Assembly: GCA_024277255.1 (NCBI GenBank)
Contig: JAJRVQ010000117.1
Span: forward strand, 31,171 to 95,170
Reading direction: 5' to 3'
Length of the DNA stretch: 64,000 nucleotides
DNA from: Acidobacteriota bacterium
GTDB taxonomy: Bacteria; Acidobacteriota; Thermoanaerobaculia; Multivoradales; SZUA-115
Shown here: in pieces, positions 40,047-50,800 of the stretch
Layout: each line of letters opens with the position of its first letter
Position numbering within the stretch: position 1 is the stretch's first letter
Translations under genes and position numbers: made by a program
The notes under the pieces: generated by a model
What the model was told of the DNA's origin: nothing
What the model saw: the letters and a program-made list of their open reading frames with translations, nothing else
Databases searched by the model: none

Positions 40047-40936
40047 AAAATACAAGCTGTTGGCCTGGTTCATATTTCGTGTGCTTCATGCTGTTGCTGG
40101 TGTCTTCTTTATTGGCGTTTCCGGTCACGGCCTGTGGGAGTGCTCAGGTCGCAGAATATGAAAGTGTCAAGTGGTCTCTTTGGCGAGGGTTGGATGGAGA
40201 TCAGGTCGCTCAGACGGTGCTCTTAGTTAGACATACCCCTTCTTGCGTAGCCTCAGTCTTGTTCTTGCAGATGAGAGATTCGGATCTAGCTGTTCTGGTT
40301 TCTGACCAGAAGGTGCGGGAGGGCGAGTTGCGGGAGTTGTTTCGAGATGAGACGTCTAGCTGGGAAATCGAAATGAAGACTCAAACGGCTCTTCGCTTTG
40401 AAAACTCGAAGGAAGCTCTTGATAGTCTTAGATTCGTTGCGAAGGCCAAGGAGGTTTCTGATGACAGAGCCACGATCACGATCCTAGCCTCTAACGTAAG
40501 AGCCGTTGCGCTCACCTACGAGACGTCTGAGGAGTATGAGCGAGAACCGATTCTCGACCGATTGCAGGAGCAGGGTTTTTCTGCTCTGCTGGCTCGCAAG
40601 GTGCCACAGGGAGTCGATGAGCTGATAAGGAAGGTCAGCGGATTGTCCTCTGACGATTCCGAGGTCATACCCGAAAGCCTAGGCTCAGAACTCATTGCGA
40701 TGATCGATACTATTCTGCGTAAACGCCGACCTTCCGGCATTGAACTCGCACTTCATGATCAACCCTCACTCGTGCTCCATGAGGAAGTAGTCGAGATTCG
40801 CCTGGAGATCGTCTTCAGCGAGGCACAGCTGACCTTCTTGGCACAGTTTCCTTCGTTCGATTCCCTTCGACCTATGGCGGGTACTTGCGCCGAGACTTCA
40901 GTTCCCAAACACCTACCCGCGCAACCCGAAGATTAA
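40043..40936 (+). CDS. hypothetical lipoprotein, translationally coupled (ATGA) to the preceding gene; low-GC
   Basis: Lipobox-like FPVTAC after a hydrophobic h-region. GC ~52%. No recognisable domain. Confidence 0.5.
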   Translation: MKNTSCWPGSYFVCFMLLLVSSLLAFPVTACGSAQVAEYESVKWSLWRGLDGDQVAQTVLLVRHTPSCVASVLFLQMRDSDLAVLVSDQKVREGELRELFRDETSSWEIEMKTQTALRFENSKEALDSLRFVAKAKEVSDDRATITILASNVRAVALTYETSEEYEREPILDRLQEQGFSALLARKVPQGVDELIRKVSGLSSDDSEVIPESLGSELIAMIDTILRKRRPSGIELALHDQPSLVLHEEVVEIRLEIVFSEAQLTFLAQFPSFDSLRPMAGTCAETSVPKHLPAQPED

Positions 40937-41533
40937 ATCCTTCCAGCTCTTACCGTCGCGCGTAAACGGTACCCCGAGGAGGCTGGGTTCTTCGAACTGG
41001 ATCTTGTAGTCGAGGTCGCGCAGGATGCCGGGTTTTTCGACCTCGCCGGCGATGAAGGTGAAGTGGGCCAGCTTGTGGGCGTCTTCCAGGCTGTAGATGC
41101 CGCCGAGGAGCTTCTCGCCCAACCGTTCGCCGAGTTGCGGGAAGGCGGCGGTGTAGCGGTCGGCCAGGGTGGTGGCTCGCTCCAGCGGGGTGGCGAAGGC
41201 GGGGACGACGAAGATGCCTTTGCCGGGGTCGTGACCGGTGGTCGATCGATCACCGAAGAAGAATTGAGCGATCGGCGAGAGCAGCGAGCCACCGGTGTCT
41301 CTGGTGGTCTCGATGGTGGCGGGGATGCGCCAGAAGGGGCGGTATTCATGGGCCACGCGGTCGCTGAGAGCGACGAAGGAGACCTCGAAGGGCTTCAGCT
41401 CCTCGGTCTTGCTGTCGAGGCGGAAGCCGGAGTAGCAGGCGGTGCAGTAGTAGAGAACGTCTTCGCCCTCGGCCGCCAGCGGGGCGCCGCACTGCGGGCA
41501 ATCGAGGGTGAGCAGCCGGTAGCCACGGTTCAT
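40913..41533 (-). CDS. N-terminal zinc-ribbon protein (soluble), last gene of the SPFH operon
   Basis: CPQCGAPL…(15)…CTACYSG. Overlapping stop/start with the upstream gene. Confidence 0.5.
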   Translation of the reverse strand: MNRGYRLLTLDCPQCGAPLAAEGEDVLYYCTACYSGFRLDSKTEELKPFEVSFVALSDRVAHEYRPFWRIPATIETTRDTGGSLLSPIAQFFFGDRSTTGHDPGKGIFVVPAFATPLERATTLADRYTAAFPQLGERLGEKLLGGIYSLEDAHKLAHFTFIAGEVEKPGILRDLDYKIQFEEPSLLGVPFTRDGKSWKDLIFGLRG

Positions 41534-42639
41534 GAGTGCTCTCCACCGGCGGCTGGCGAGAGCGAACCGAGGTCGAACATTTTCTGAATGGAATCGGGGA
41601 GATCGACCTCGGCTTGGAGACTCTCACCCTCTTCGACCACGCCGCCGTAGCGAAAGCGCTTCCACCCCCAGCGCAGAAGCCACAGCCCGACCAGCGAGGC
41701 GATGAGCGTTGGCACGCAGCCCCCGTCGGAGGAATACGAAAACTGGAGCACGGTGGTGGCGGCGAAGCAGGCGATAGCCTCCGTACCGACCAGGGCCAGG
41801 GCGCGAAAGAGGTCGTTGCCGGGCGCCTTGCCGTAGGCCAGCTTGCCGTCTTCGCCGTCGATCAGCGCCTGGTAGGAGCGACCGCGGAATCGATAGCGCA
41901 CCACCCACAGCGGGTAGTAGATGACCGAGAAGCGCTCGCGCACGGTTTCGAGAAATCGGAACCGCGTTTTGTGGAGTCCTTGGGCCGGATCCGAGGTGTT
42001 GCGAAAGTCTTCGAGCGCCGCCCGGCGCACCGGAACCTCGGAGACGGTGGGTGGAAAGACCATACCTTGACGGGCCAGGGCCTCGCTGTCGAAAGGGCGC
42101 AGCAGGTCGCCGCCAAGATCGATCTTGCGCACCCCCCACTCGGCGACGTTGACCGCCGGGAAGGTGCGATCGAAGTGGCGCTGCGTCCGCTTTTCCACGT
42201 CGACCTCGTAGGTTTCCGTTCGGCGATTCTTACCGCTGCCGACGGTGCGCGTGCGCAGCTGTGTGCCGAGTGCATAGCCGATCGCGTCGGCCTCGATGCG
42301 GAAGAAAGGCAGGAAACAGAGGAAGGTCTCCGCCGTGTGCGCATGAGCGGCAAGACGGCGATCTTTGTTGAAGCCTCGTCGCCACCAGCGCCGTGTTTGC
42401 TCCTGTGCTTGGCTGGCGGTGATCGTGGGTTGGATCGAAAAGCGGCGCACGCCCAGCTCGCCGAGCGCCAGTAGCGGAGTGTCGCAATAGGGACAATGCG
42501 CCACGCGAAGGCCATCCGCCACCTCCAAGGCACCGCCGCAGTTGGGACAGGAGAGGTCGGTGATTCTCCTCTCGACCGGTCGCTCACCGGCTGGTGGCGA
42601 CGGCGGCTCCGTGCTGGTGGCTGGTGTGGGTGTGGTCAT
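41530..42639 (-). CDS. N-terminal zinc-ribbon protein with two C-terminal TM helices
   Basis: Start at MTTPTP (42639). CPNCGG…CPYCD ribbon. Middle region paralogous to the next gene (LWVVRYRFRGRSYQALIDGEDG / LWECRYRYEDRSYIALVDGSTG). Confidence 0.55.
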   Translation of the reverse strand: MTTPTPATSTEPPSPPAGERPVERRITDLSCPNCGGALEVADGLRVAHCPYCDTPLLALGELGVRRFSIQPTITASQAQEQTRRWWRRGFNKDRRLAAHAHTAETFLCFLPFFRIEADAIGYALGTQLRTRTVGSGKNRRTETYEVDVEKRTQRHFDRTFPAVNVAEWGVRKIDLGGDLLRPFDSEALARQGMVFPPTVSEVPVRRAALEDFRNTSDPAQGLHKTRFRFLETVRERFSVIYYPLWVVRYRFRGRSYQALIDGEDGKLAYGKAPGNDLFRALALVGTEAIACFAATTVLQFSYSSDGGCVPTLIASLVGLWLLRWGWKRFRYGGVVEEGESLQAEVDLPDSIQKMFDLGSLSPAAGGEHS

Positions 42640-43445
42640 ACTTTGCGGCTCACCCAATAGGCGAGAAAGGTCAGCGGTACGGCGAGAACGCCGTAGGCCA
42701 TGAGCTTGAGCAGTGGATGGCTGATCGCCAGCCCGGCCAGGGCGAAGAGAATCAGGCCGAGTATGGCGACCAGGCGGAAGGGGCTCTCCGCTTTGGCGGG
42801 AAAGACCGAGGCGATTACCGCACCGGTGGAGCCGTCGACCAGGGCGATGTAGCTGCGGTCCTCGTAGCGGTAGCGGCACTCCCAGAGGGGCAGATGGACC
42901 CGCGCCGTCTCCTGCACCCGCTGTGCGGCCTCACCGAGCCAGCCGCGGGCAGTTTCGATAGGGACCGAAGGCCGGCGACGATCAAGTTCCGGCTCATCGA
43001 GCTGCGAGCCGCTGTCCTCCGTCTCACCGGCGTCGTCGTTGGTGAACGGTTTGAGTTCGCCAGCGGGGATGCGCAGGTCGGCGAGTTGCGAGATCGGGGT
43101 CGGCGCCGCGGGTTGGATGCGGACCTCCTCGCCACCCTCGCCGGCGAGGCGAAACATCCACACCGGGAACCAGATTGGCGTGGCGGCGTGCAACGTGGCT
43201 TTGCGGTCGAGATCTTTGACCGTCTCGTTGCCGGCCATCCACCGCTTGAGCGCCGCCGTGGCCTGGTCGCGGTCGAGCAGGCGCGGCAGCCGGTAGTGCA
43301 GGACGAGGCCGGAGCGGTCGACGAAGAGGGCCGCGTCGCAGTATTCACAGCGCAGTAAGGAGCGGCCCGAAGGCAGAGAGTTGGTTCCGCCGCATTGCGG
43401 GCAGTCGAGCTTCGCCGCTGTCGCGGCCGGAGCGCTCAGCGGCCC
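42636..43445 (-). CDS. N-terminal zinc-ribbon protein with two C-terminal TM helices; no canonical start codon after the upstream stop
   Basis: Homology to the 41530-42639 paralogue (CPQCGG…CEYCD…LKRWMAGN / CPNCGG…CPYCD…RRWWRRG) extends up to the TAG of the SPFH gene at 43446-48. First in-frame ATG is only at 43238. Confidence 0.45.
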   Translation of the reverse strand, partial: GPLSAPAATAAKLDCPQCGGTNSLPSGRSLLRCEYCDAALFVDRSGLVLHYRLPRLLDRDQATAALKRWMAGNETVKDLDRKATLHAATPIWFPVWMFRLAGEGGEEVRIQPAAPTPISQLADLRIPAGELKPFTNDDAGETEDSGSQLDEPELDRRRPSVPIETARGWLGEAAQRVQETARVHLPLWECRYRYEDRSYIALVDGSTGAVIASVFPAKAESPFRLVAILGLILFALAGLAISHPLLKLMAYGVLAVPLTFLAYWVSRKV

Positions 43446-44489
43446 CTACTCCGTGACCCGGTGGCCGCAAGAAGGGCAGAAGCGCGCACCGCCGGGCAAT
43501 TTGCCGCCGCACTGCGAACAGAAGGCGGGAGTCGATTCTGAGTCTGCCTCGCCGGTCGCTGGCGGCGCTTCGTTCTGTGCTGCGGCTGGTGCGGCCGCTG
43601 CGGCCGGTGTCGGTGAGGGCGTCGGTGCGGGTGTGGTGCCGGCGCCCTCTTGCATCGCCTCTTTCATCATCTGCGGCAGCATCATCCCCATGCCGGCGCC
43701 CATGCCCACACCCATGCCGGCGGCGACTCCACCGCCGCCGCCCTGACCTTGTGCGGCATCGCCCATCGCTTTGGCGGCCTTGAACTTCATGTACTCGCTC
43801 ATATTGCCCAGCGCCGCCATGCCGCTGCGCTCGTCGATCAACTTCTGTACCTCTTCAGGCGGTGTGATCGCTCCGACGAAGAGGTCGGCGAGGTCGATGC
43901 CGTACTTCTTGAAGTCGTCGGCGACCCTCGTTTTGAGACCGGCGGCCAGCTCGTCGTAGAGCCGCGGCAGATCGAAGATCGATTTGAGGTTCTCGCCCAG
44001 GAGATCGTTGAGGCGGGCGACGATGAGGTCTTTGAAATAGGACTCGACGCCGTCGGTCGTGTAAAGGCCCATGGTGCCGACCACCGAGTTGACGAAAAGT
44101 TGCGGCTCGCTGATGCGCACGGCGAACTTGCCGAAGGCGCGCAGACGGACCATCGCCAGCTCGCTGTCGCGGAAGACCACCGGTTCTTTCGTCCCCCATT
44201 TGAGGTCGAGGAAGGTTTTGGTGGAGACGAAGATGGTCGCCGCCTGGAAGGGAGACTTGCCTTTGAAGGGTAGGCCGAGAAGGCGGGTCAACAGCGGCAG
44301 GTTCATCGTCGTCAGGGTGTGACGGCCGGGCGCGAAGGTGTCGAGAGCCTTGCCGTCGCGCAAGAAGACGGCCTGCTGGCTCTCCTCGACGATCAGTTGG
44401 CTGCCGAGCTGGATGGCGGCGGTTCCGTCGCTGGGAACACGAGCGACCATCACCTGGCCACTGGTGTCTTGGTACTGGATGACTTGCAT
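43446..44489 (-). CDS. SPFH/Band-7-family protein with C-terminal zinc ribbon (COG4260, YdjI/'virion core protein'-like)
   Basis: N-terminus MQVIQYQDTSGQVMVARVP…GSQLIVEESQQAVFLRDGKALDTFAPGRHTL. Gly/Met-rich linker. C-terminal CSQCGGKL…CPSCGH. Confidence 0.7.
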   Translation of the reverse strand: MQVIQYQDTSGQVMVARVPSDGTAAIQLGSQLIVEESQQAVFLRDGKALDTFAPGRHTLTTMNLPLLTRLLGLPFKGKSPFQAATIFVSTKTFLDLKWGTKEPVVFRDSELAMVRLRAFGKFAVRISEPQLFVNSVVGTMGLYTTDGVESYFKDLIVARLNDLLGENLKSIFDLPRLYDELAAGLKTRVADDFKKYGIDLADLFVGAITPPEEVQKLIDERSGMAALGNMSEYMKFKAAKAMGDAAQGQGGGGGVAAGMGVGMGAGMGMMLPQMMKEAMQEGAGTTPAPTPSPTPAAAAAPAAAQNEAPPATGEADSESTPAFCSQCGGKLPGGARFCPSCGHRVTE

Positions 44490-44550
44490 CGTCGTCTCTC
44501 CTTGGCGGCGTTGGGGCGAGCGGGGGAACGATCTCTAATCGGGCGACTGT

Positions 44551-45117
44551 TTATCCTTGTGGTGAACTCTTGACGACCTCGCTGATCACCTCGCCGCGGC
44601 TCGCCCACCTCTCTTCCAGGGTGGCGAGTCGGGCCAGGGTTTGATCCAGCGCCTTGTGGAGTAGGTCCGGCGTCTCGGTCGAGTCCTCGCCGGGCAGAGG
44701 GATCGCCGCGATGTCGGCGGCGAGTTGGGCCAGCTCGTCGACCATCGAGAGGTCGAAGCGGTAGAGCTTCTCCAACTCGTCGTCGAGGATCTTGACCACG
44801 TCGAACAAGCCGCTGTAGCCGTAATCGGCGAAGCGCAGTTTTTGCGACAGGCCGTCGAGCCTGCGATCGAGGCGGTCGAAGAGCGTCAGATCCTCGAGAC
44901 GACCACGATCGGTGTAGGCGCCGGCGCGCTGGCGAGCGGTGACCTTCAAGTCTGCCACCTGGCGTGCCAGGTGCTCGCGCTGCATGCGGTCCACGTCGCG
45001 CCGCAACTCGCGGTCTTGGTAGCCCCGGAAACCGGGGATCTTGTCGATCAAGCGCTCGAGGGCTCCTCGGCGCTCGCGGGCTTGCTGGTAGCCGTCGCTC
45101 ATCATTCCTCCCCGCAC
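44551..45117 (-). CDS. hypothetical coiled-coil protein, first gene of the SPFH operon
   Basis: 188-aa charged helical ORF 61 nt upstream of the SPFH gene. Confidence 0.4.
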   Translation of the reverse strand: MRGGMMSDGYQQARERRGALERLIDKIPGFRGYQDRELRRDVDRMQREHLARQVADLKVTARQRAGAYTDRGRLEDLTLFDRLDRRLDGLSQKLRFADYGYSGLFDVVKILDDELEKLYRFDLSMVDELAQLAADIAAIPLPGEDSTETPDLLHKALDQTLARLATLEERWASRGEVISEVVKSSPQG

Positions 45118-45450
45118 AGCGGCGATAGGATCATTCCCGAAGCTGGCATCCCTCTCAAAACGGACTCGCCGAGCGCGATCCTACCACTGGGGCAATGGTC
45201 TAGAGCGTAGTTGGAGCGAGTGGTGCAGGCGGGCAAAGTCGGCTCCTTGCTTGCTCGGGGTGAGTCGTCTTGTGTAGGATTTGCTCAGACATGCCTAGAT
45301 TGTGGCTCGATGGCTCGCCGACGGTGAGCGCAGTCGAACATCTTGTGGGTGGTGCCCGTTGCGCGCCGCCAATCCAAGTATGAGCCACAGTGGGTTACCA
45401 ACATTGATAAGTGCGAGCTGGCAGAAAATTCCCCAAACGACGAAAATGCC

Positions 45451-46089
45451 ATGACGCGATCCGCCGAGCATGCACCGAGGAGGGCCCTGGCCGGGTCTGC
45501 ATCTGTCCACAGTGCGGTGTGGCGCGGCCTGCTCTTCCTCGCAGGGCTCTCGCTTCTCGTGCTGACGGCCAGCTCGGTCATCGCGCAGCCCACAGTCGCC
45601 GGCGACGAACCGACCCCGGTGGTTCCGCGTCACAGCCCGCGAGCCTCCCCGGCACCAGCCGCACGGGAACTGACTGCTGCGCAAGCGACCGTCTCGGAAC
45701 AGCCTCTCGCGGTGGTTCTTGTCGGCGAGGATCCGCGTCTGGCGAGTCAGGCGGCCCTTGTCACCATGCTCACCGGTTGGAGCGAGGCCTGGTCGCGGCA
45801 GCGCGCCGACGACTATCTGAGGTATTATTCGACTCGGTTCGTACCGTCGGGCCAGCTCGATCTTGTAGCTTGGCAACGGCAAAGGCGACAGCGGTTGCGG
45901 CGCCCTCAGTCCGTTGAGGTCGCCGTGGCAATTCTAGATGCGGAGTTGATTTCTGAAGACCGGGCCAGCCTTCGTTTTCTTCAGCGCTACCGGTCGGATC
46001 GCTACCGGGATGTGGTGACCAAGAGATTCGAACTGGTGAGGGAGGGAGAAGATTGGAAAATCCTGCGAGAGATCATCGAGGAGGAATGA
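45451..46089 (+). CDS. secreted hypothetical protein whose C-terminal domain is shared with the following L,D-transpeptidase
   Basis: Signal peptide. C-terminal WSRQRADDYLRYYSTRF…KRFELVREGEDWKILRE parallels WRRDWESRDTERYLHHYSTVF…RREKGEWRIVYE of the next gene. Confidence 0.45.
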   Translation: MTRSAEHAPRRALAGSASVHSAVWRGLLFLAGLSLLVLTASSVIAQPTVAGDEPTPVVPRHSPRASPAPAARELTAAQATVSEQPLAVVLVGEDPRLASQAALVTMLTGWSEAWSRQRADDYLRYYSTRFVPSGQLDLVAWQRQRRQRLRRPQSVEVAVAILDAELISEDRASLRFLQRYRSDRYRDVVTKRFELVREGEDWKILREIIEEE

Positions 46090-47105
46090 TGCGCTCTGTG
46101 CTCGTACGCTACGTCTTACCTCTTCTGGCGCTCGGTTTGGTGCTTGTCTTTCCCATTCGGGCCTTCAATAGCAGCGCGGACGACGCCGCGACGCAGAACG
46201 GCGATGTTCGCCACCAGGCGGACTACAGCGTCAGCGAGCAGACCGCCGGCAGCACTTCGGCCATCGCACCGTCGACGGCTTTGGTCCCCTCCAACCTGTT
46301 GCAACTGCCGTCCGGCGTGGAGTCCGCGGTCGTCGTCGATTTGCTGCACAACTCGCTCTACCTGATCAAGAACGGCGAACGCTTGGCCAAGAGCGGCTCC
46401 TACTTTGTCGCCATCGGCAAGAACGGCGTCGACAAGATGCGCGAGGGCGACGAGAAGACTCCGGTCGGCGTCTACTTCCCCAACTCCTTCCTGCCGGATC
46501 GAGTTCTCCCCGCAATCTACGGTGCCGGCGCCTTCCCCATCGACTATCCGAACCGCTGGGACCGCCGCCTGGGCCGCACCGGGAGCGGAATCTGGATCCA
46601 CGGTTCCGATCGCTCCAACGAAGAGCTGCCACCGCGCTCCAGCCGAGGGTGCCTGACGCTGACCGATCCCGATTTCGTCTCGATGGCCTCGCACATGCAG
46701 GTGCGGCGCACACCGGTGATCGTGGCCAACTCGGTGGAGTGGGTGAGTCCGGAACAGGTCGCGGCACAGAGCGCTGACCTGCGCCACGTCATCGAAACGT
46801 GGCGCCGCGATTGGGAAAGCCGCGACACGGAACGCTATCTGCACCACTACTCCACGGTCTTCCGCTCCCCCGACAAGACCGCCGCTCAATGGTTCGCCCA
46901 CAAGCGGCGGGTCAACGCCGCCAAGAGCTTCATCGAGGTCGGGGTCACCGAACTCGGCCTCTACCGCTATCCCGGCGAAGACGACCTCGTACTCGCCACC
47001 TTCGCCCAGAGCTACAAGTCGAACAACTTCGACAGCCAGGTCAACAAGCAGCAGTACTGGCGCCGAGAAAAGGGCGAGTGGCGGATCGTTTACGAGGGCG
47101 GCTGA
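46086..47105 (+). CDS. L,D-transpeptidase (YkuD domain) with extra C-terminal NTF2-like domain
   Basis: GSGIWIHGSD…SRGCLTLTD catalytic His/Cys motif. GAGGAGG RBS. Signal peptide. Confidence 0.7.
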   Translation: MMRSVLVRYVLPLLALGLVLVFPIRAFNSSADDAATQNGDVRHQADYSVSEQTAGSTSAIAPSTALVPSNLLQLPSGVESAVVVDLLHNSLYLIKNGERLAKSGSYFVAIGKNGVDKMREGDEKTPVGVYFPNSFLPDRVLPAIYGAGAFPIDYPNRWDRRLGRTGSGIWIHGSDRSNEELPPRSSRGCLTLTDPDFVSMASHMQVRRTPVIVANSVEWVSPEQVAAQSADLRHVIETWRRDWESRDTERYLHHYSTVFRSPDKTAAQWFAHKRRVNAAKSFIEVGVTELGLYRYPGEDDLVLATFAQSYKSNNFDSQVNKQQYWRREKGEWRIVYEGG

Positions 47106-47123
47106 AGGCCGGCGTTTGTTTAT

Positions 47124-47174
47124 GGGGATCTCTCTGCGAGATCCCCTCGCGCGAAAAAACGTGGTTTTTCGCGC
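47124..47174 (+). terminator. two tandem hairpins downstream of the L,D-transpeptidase gene
   Basis: Stem ggggatctc/gagatcccc (47124-47146) then gcgcgaaaaa/tttttcgcgc (47149-47174), A/T-rich on both sides (bidirectional appearance). Confidence 0.5.
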
Positions 47175-47306
47175 TCACCCTTAAGCAGTCCGTCCTAGTC
47201 GGCCGGGTTCGCCCTGGCGGGCTCACGCGCTGCGCTCAGCTCTCGTCCTCCCCGAGACGCCAAGCGGCTAGGTTGAGGACTTTGGTGCGGGAAGGTGCCG
47301 CCTCGC

Positions 47307-48266
47307 CTAGCCTCCGCCCCCGCCGATCTCCACCGCCTCCTCATCCTCCTCTACCGCCGCGCTGGCGGCGGTGATTTGTGCTTCTTCGGTGTACTTGCCG
47401 AGCCAGTGGATCAGGTCACGCCAGATGTTCCTCTGCTCGGCGGCCGAGGGCATGATGCCGGCGCTCTTGAATTCGATGGTCAGGACCGGCGTCGAGAGGC
47501 GGGTTCCGGCGTAGCGGCCCAGGGAGCCTGGGTAGGTGCCGAGCAGCTTGAGGTAGAGCGAGCCCAGGCGGTCCGGGGGCTGGTTGGGACCGTCGAAATC
47601 CACTACCGAAAACGGTGCGTGAACCGAGATGATGACCTGCGGGTCGAAGCTGAAGATCTCATTGACCAGCCAGCGGCTTTCGGGCTCGGACAGCGGCGCG
47701 GGGCCGGGGTAGCGCCGGGGGTTGCGCGAAGTGCGCCGCACCCAATAGTCCTGCGTCGATCGGAACCACTCCGGACAGGGAAAATTGCGGTTGAGGTCGA
47801 CACCGTTGGCATTCATCCGTTGCGAACGCTTGCGCAGCAGCCCGTCCGGATTCACCAGCGGTGCGATGCGGAAATGAAACTCGTTCGAGCGATTCTTGGC
47901 CAGCTTCGCGATCCACTTGAAGACTACGCTCACCGAGGAGAACTCGTCACCGTGAATGCCGCCGATCAGCAGCACTCGGGCGCGCGGTGTCACTCCGGAG
48001 GGTGGCAGGAAATCACGCGCGACGATCGGGCCTCCCTTCACCGAAACCGCTCCGGTGGGCTTGAGACCGGCGCGGAGGCACTCACTGTAGCTGACGCTGT
48101 TGAGCTTACGGCCGACCTTCCGGCAGAGCGAACGAATCACCTCGTCATCCGCCGCGGCGCCGGCGAGCGGTTGGGCGAACGCCGGGCTGGTGAGGGCGAT
48201 GATCAAGCAAAGAGTCCAGGCCCAGGTGCGGGGTTGCAGCTTGTGGAGTCGGGGGGAGCAGGCCAT
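47307..48266 (-). CDS. secreted M14-family zinc carboxypeptidase (MpaA / succinylglutamate-desuccinylase-like)
   Basis: GGIHGDEFSS, NPDG, DLNRNF motifs. Start at MACSPRL (48266); the 571-aa ORF in the track runs far upstream through non-coding sequence. Confidence 0.7.
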   Translation of the reverse strand: MACSPRLHKLQPRTWAWTLCLIIALTSPAFAQPLAGAAADDEVIRSLCRKVGRKLNSVSYSECLRAGLKPTGAVSVKGGPIVARDFLPPSGVTPRARVLLIGGIHGDEFSSVSVVFKWIAKLAKNRSNEFHFRIAPLVNPDGLLRKRSQRMNANGVDLNRNFPCPEWFRSTQDYWVRRTSRNPRRYPGPAPLSEPESRWLVNEIFSFDPQVIISVHAPFSVVDFDGPNQPPDRLGSLYLKLLGTYPGSLGRYAGTRLSTPVLTIEFKSAGIMPSAAEQRNIWRDLIHWLGKYTEEAQITAASAAVEEDEEAVEIGGGGG

Positions 48267-48454
48267 GGTGTGAGCGGCTCTAGGCAAGTTTCCGGGCAGC
48301 TCTTGAGCCGGTTGAGGTACGGCGGTCCAGGGTGGACAGGGCCGAGCAGAAGGGCCTCGTCTCGCACAATCGTAGCACTGGCATCGGAGATCGGCGAAGA
48401 GCGGCTTGCGCAATAGCAGGTCGGCGCCGTACGATGGTTGCGGCTTAGTCAACG

Positions 48455-48560
48455 TTTCGCAGGGGGTGCCTGTCTGTCTAGCCGGGCTGAGAGTAGACCC
48501 TAGGAACCTGAACCGGATCATACCGGCGTAGGGAGCGCGAGGCGGAGAGGTGGATTCCGC
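48455..48560 (+). ncRNA. TPP (thiamin pyrophosphate) riboswitch
   Basis: GGGGTGCC…GGGCTGAGAGTAGACCCTAGGAACCTGAACCGGATCATACCGGCGTAGGGAG matches the THI-box core (CTGAGA, ACCTGA-CCGGAT-A-TACCGGCGTAGGGA). Sits directly upstream of the thiC start. Confidence 0.8.
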
Positions 48561-48644
48561 AGATCGTCGTGAATTGCGATGCTGCCCTAGCCTCTGTCGA
48601 CCTTTGGCGAACTCGCAACGCCTGCACATCGAGGAGGCCAGTAG

Positions 48645-50796
<2,152 letters not shown>

Positions 50797-50800
<4 letters not shown>

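Noticed and set aside
47176-47306. Possible tRNA or sRNA in the GC-rich 3' region after the terminators (GGTTCG-like segment)
   Set aside because: No 7-bp acceptor stem, D-arm or T-arm could be built. More likely the 3' UTR of the M14 peptidase gene.
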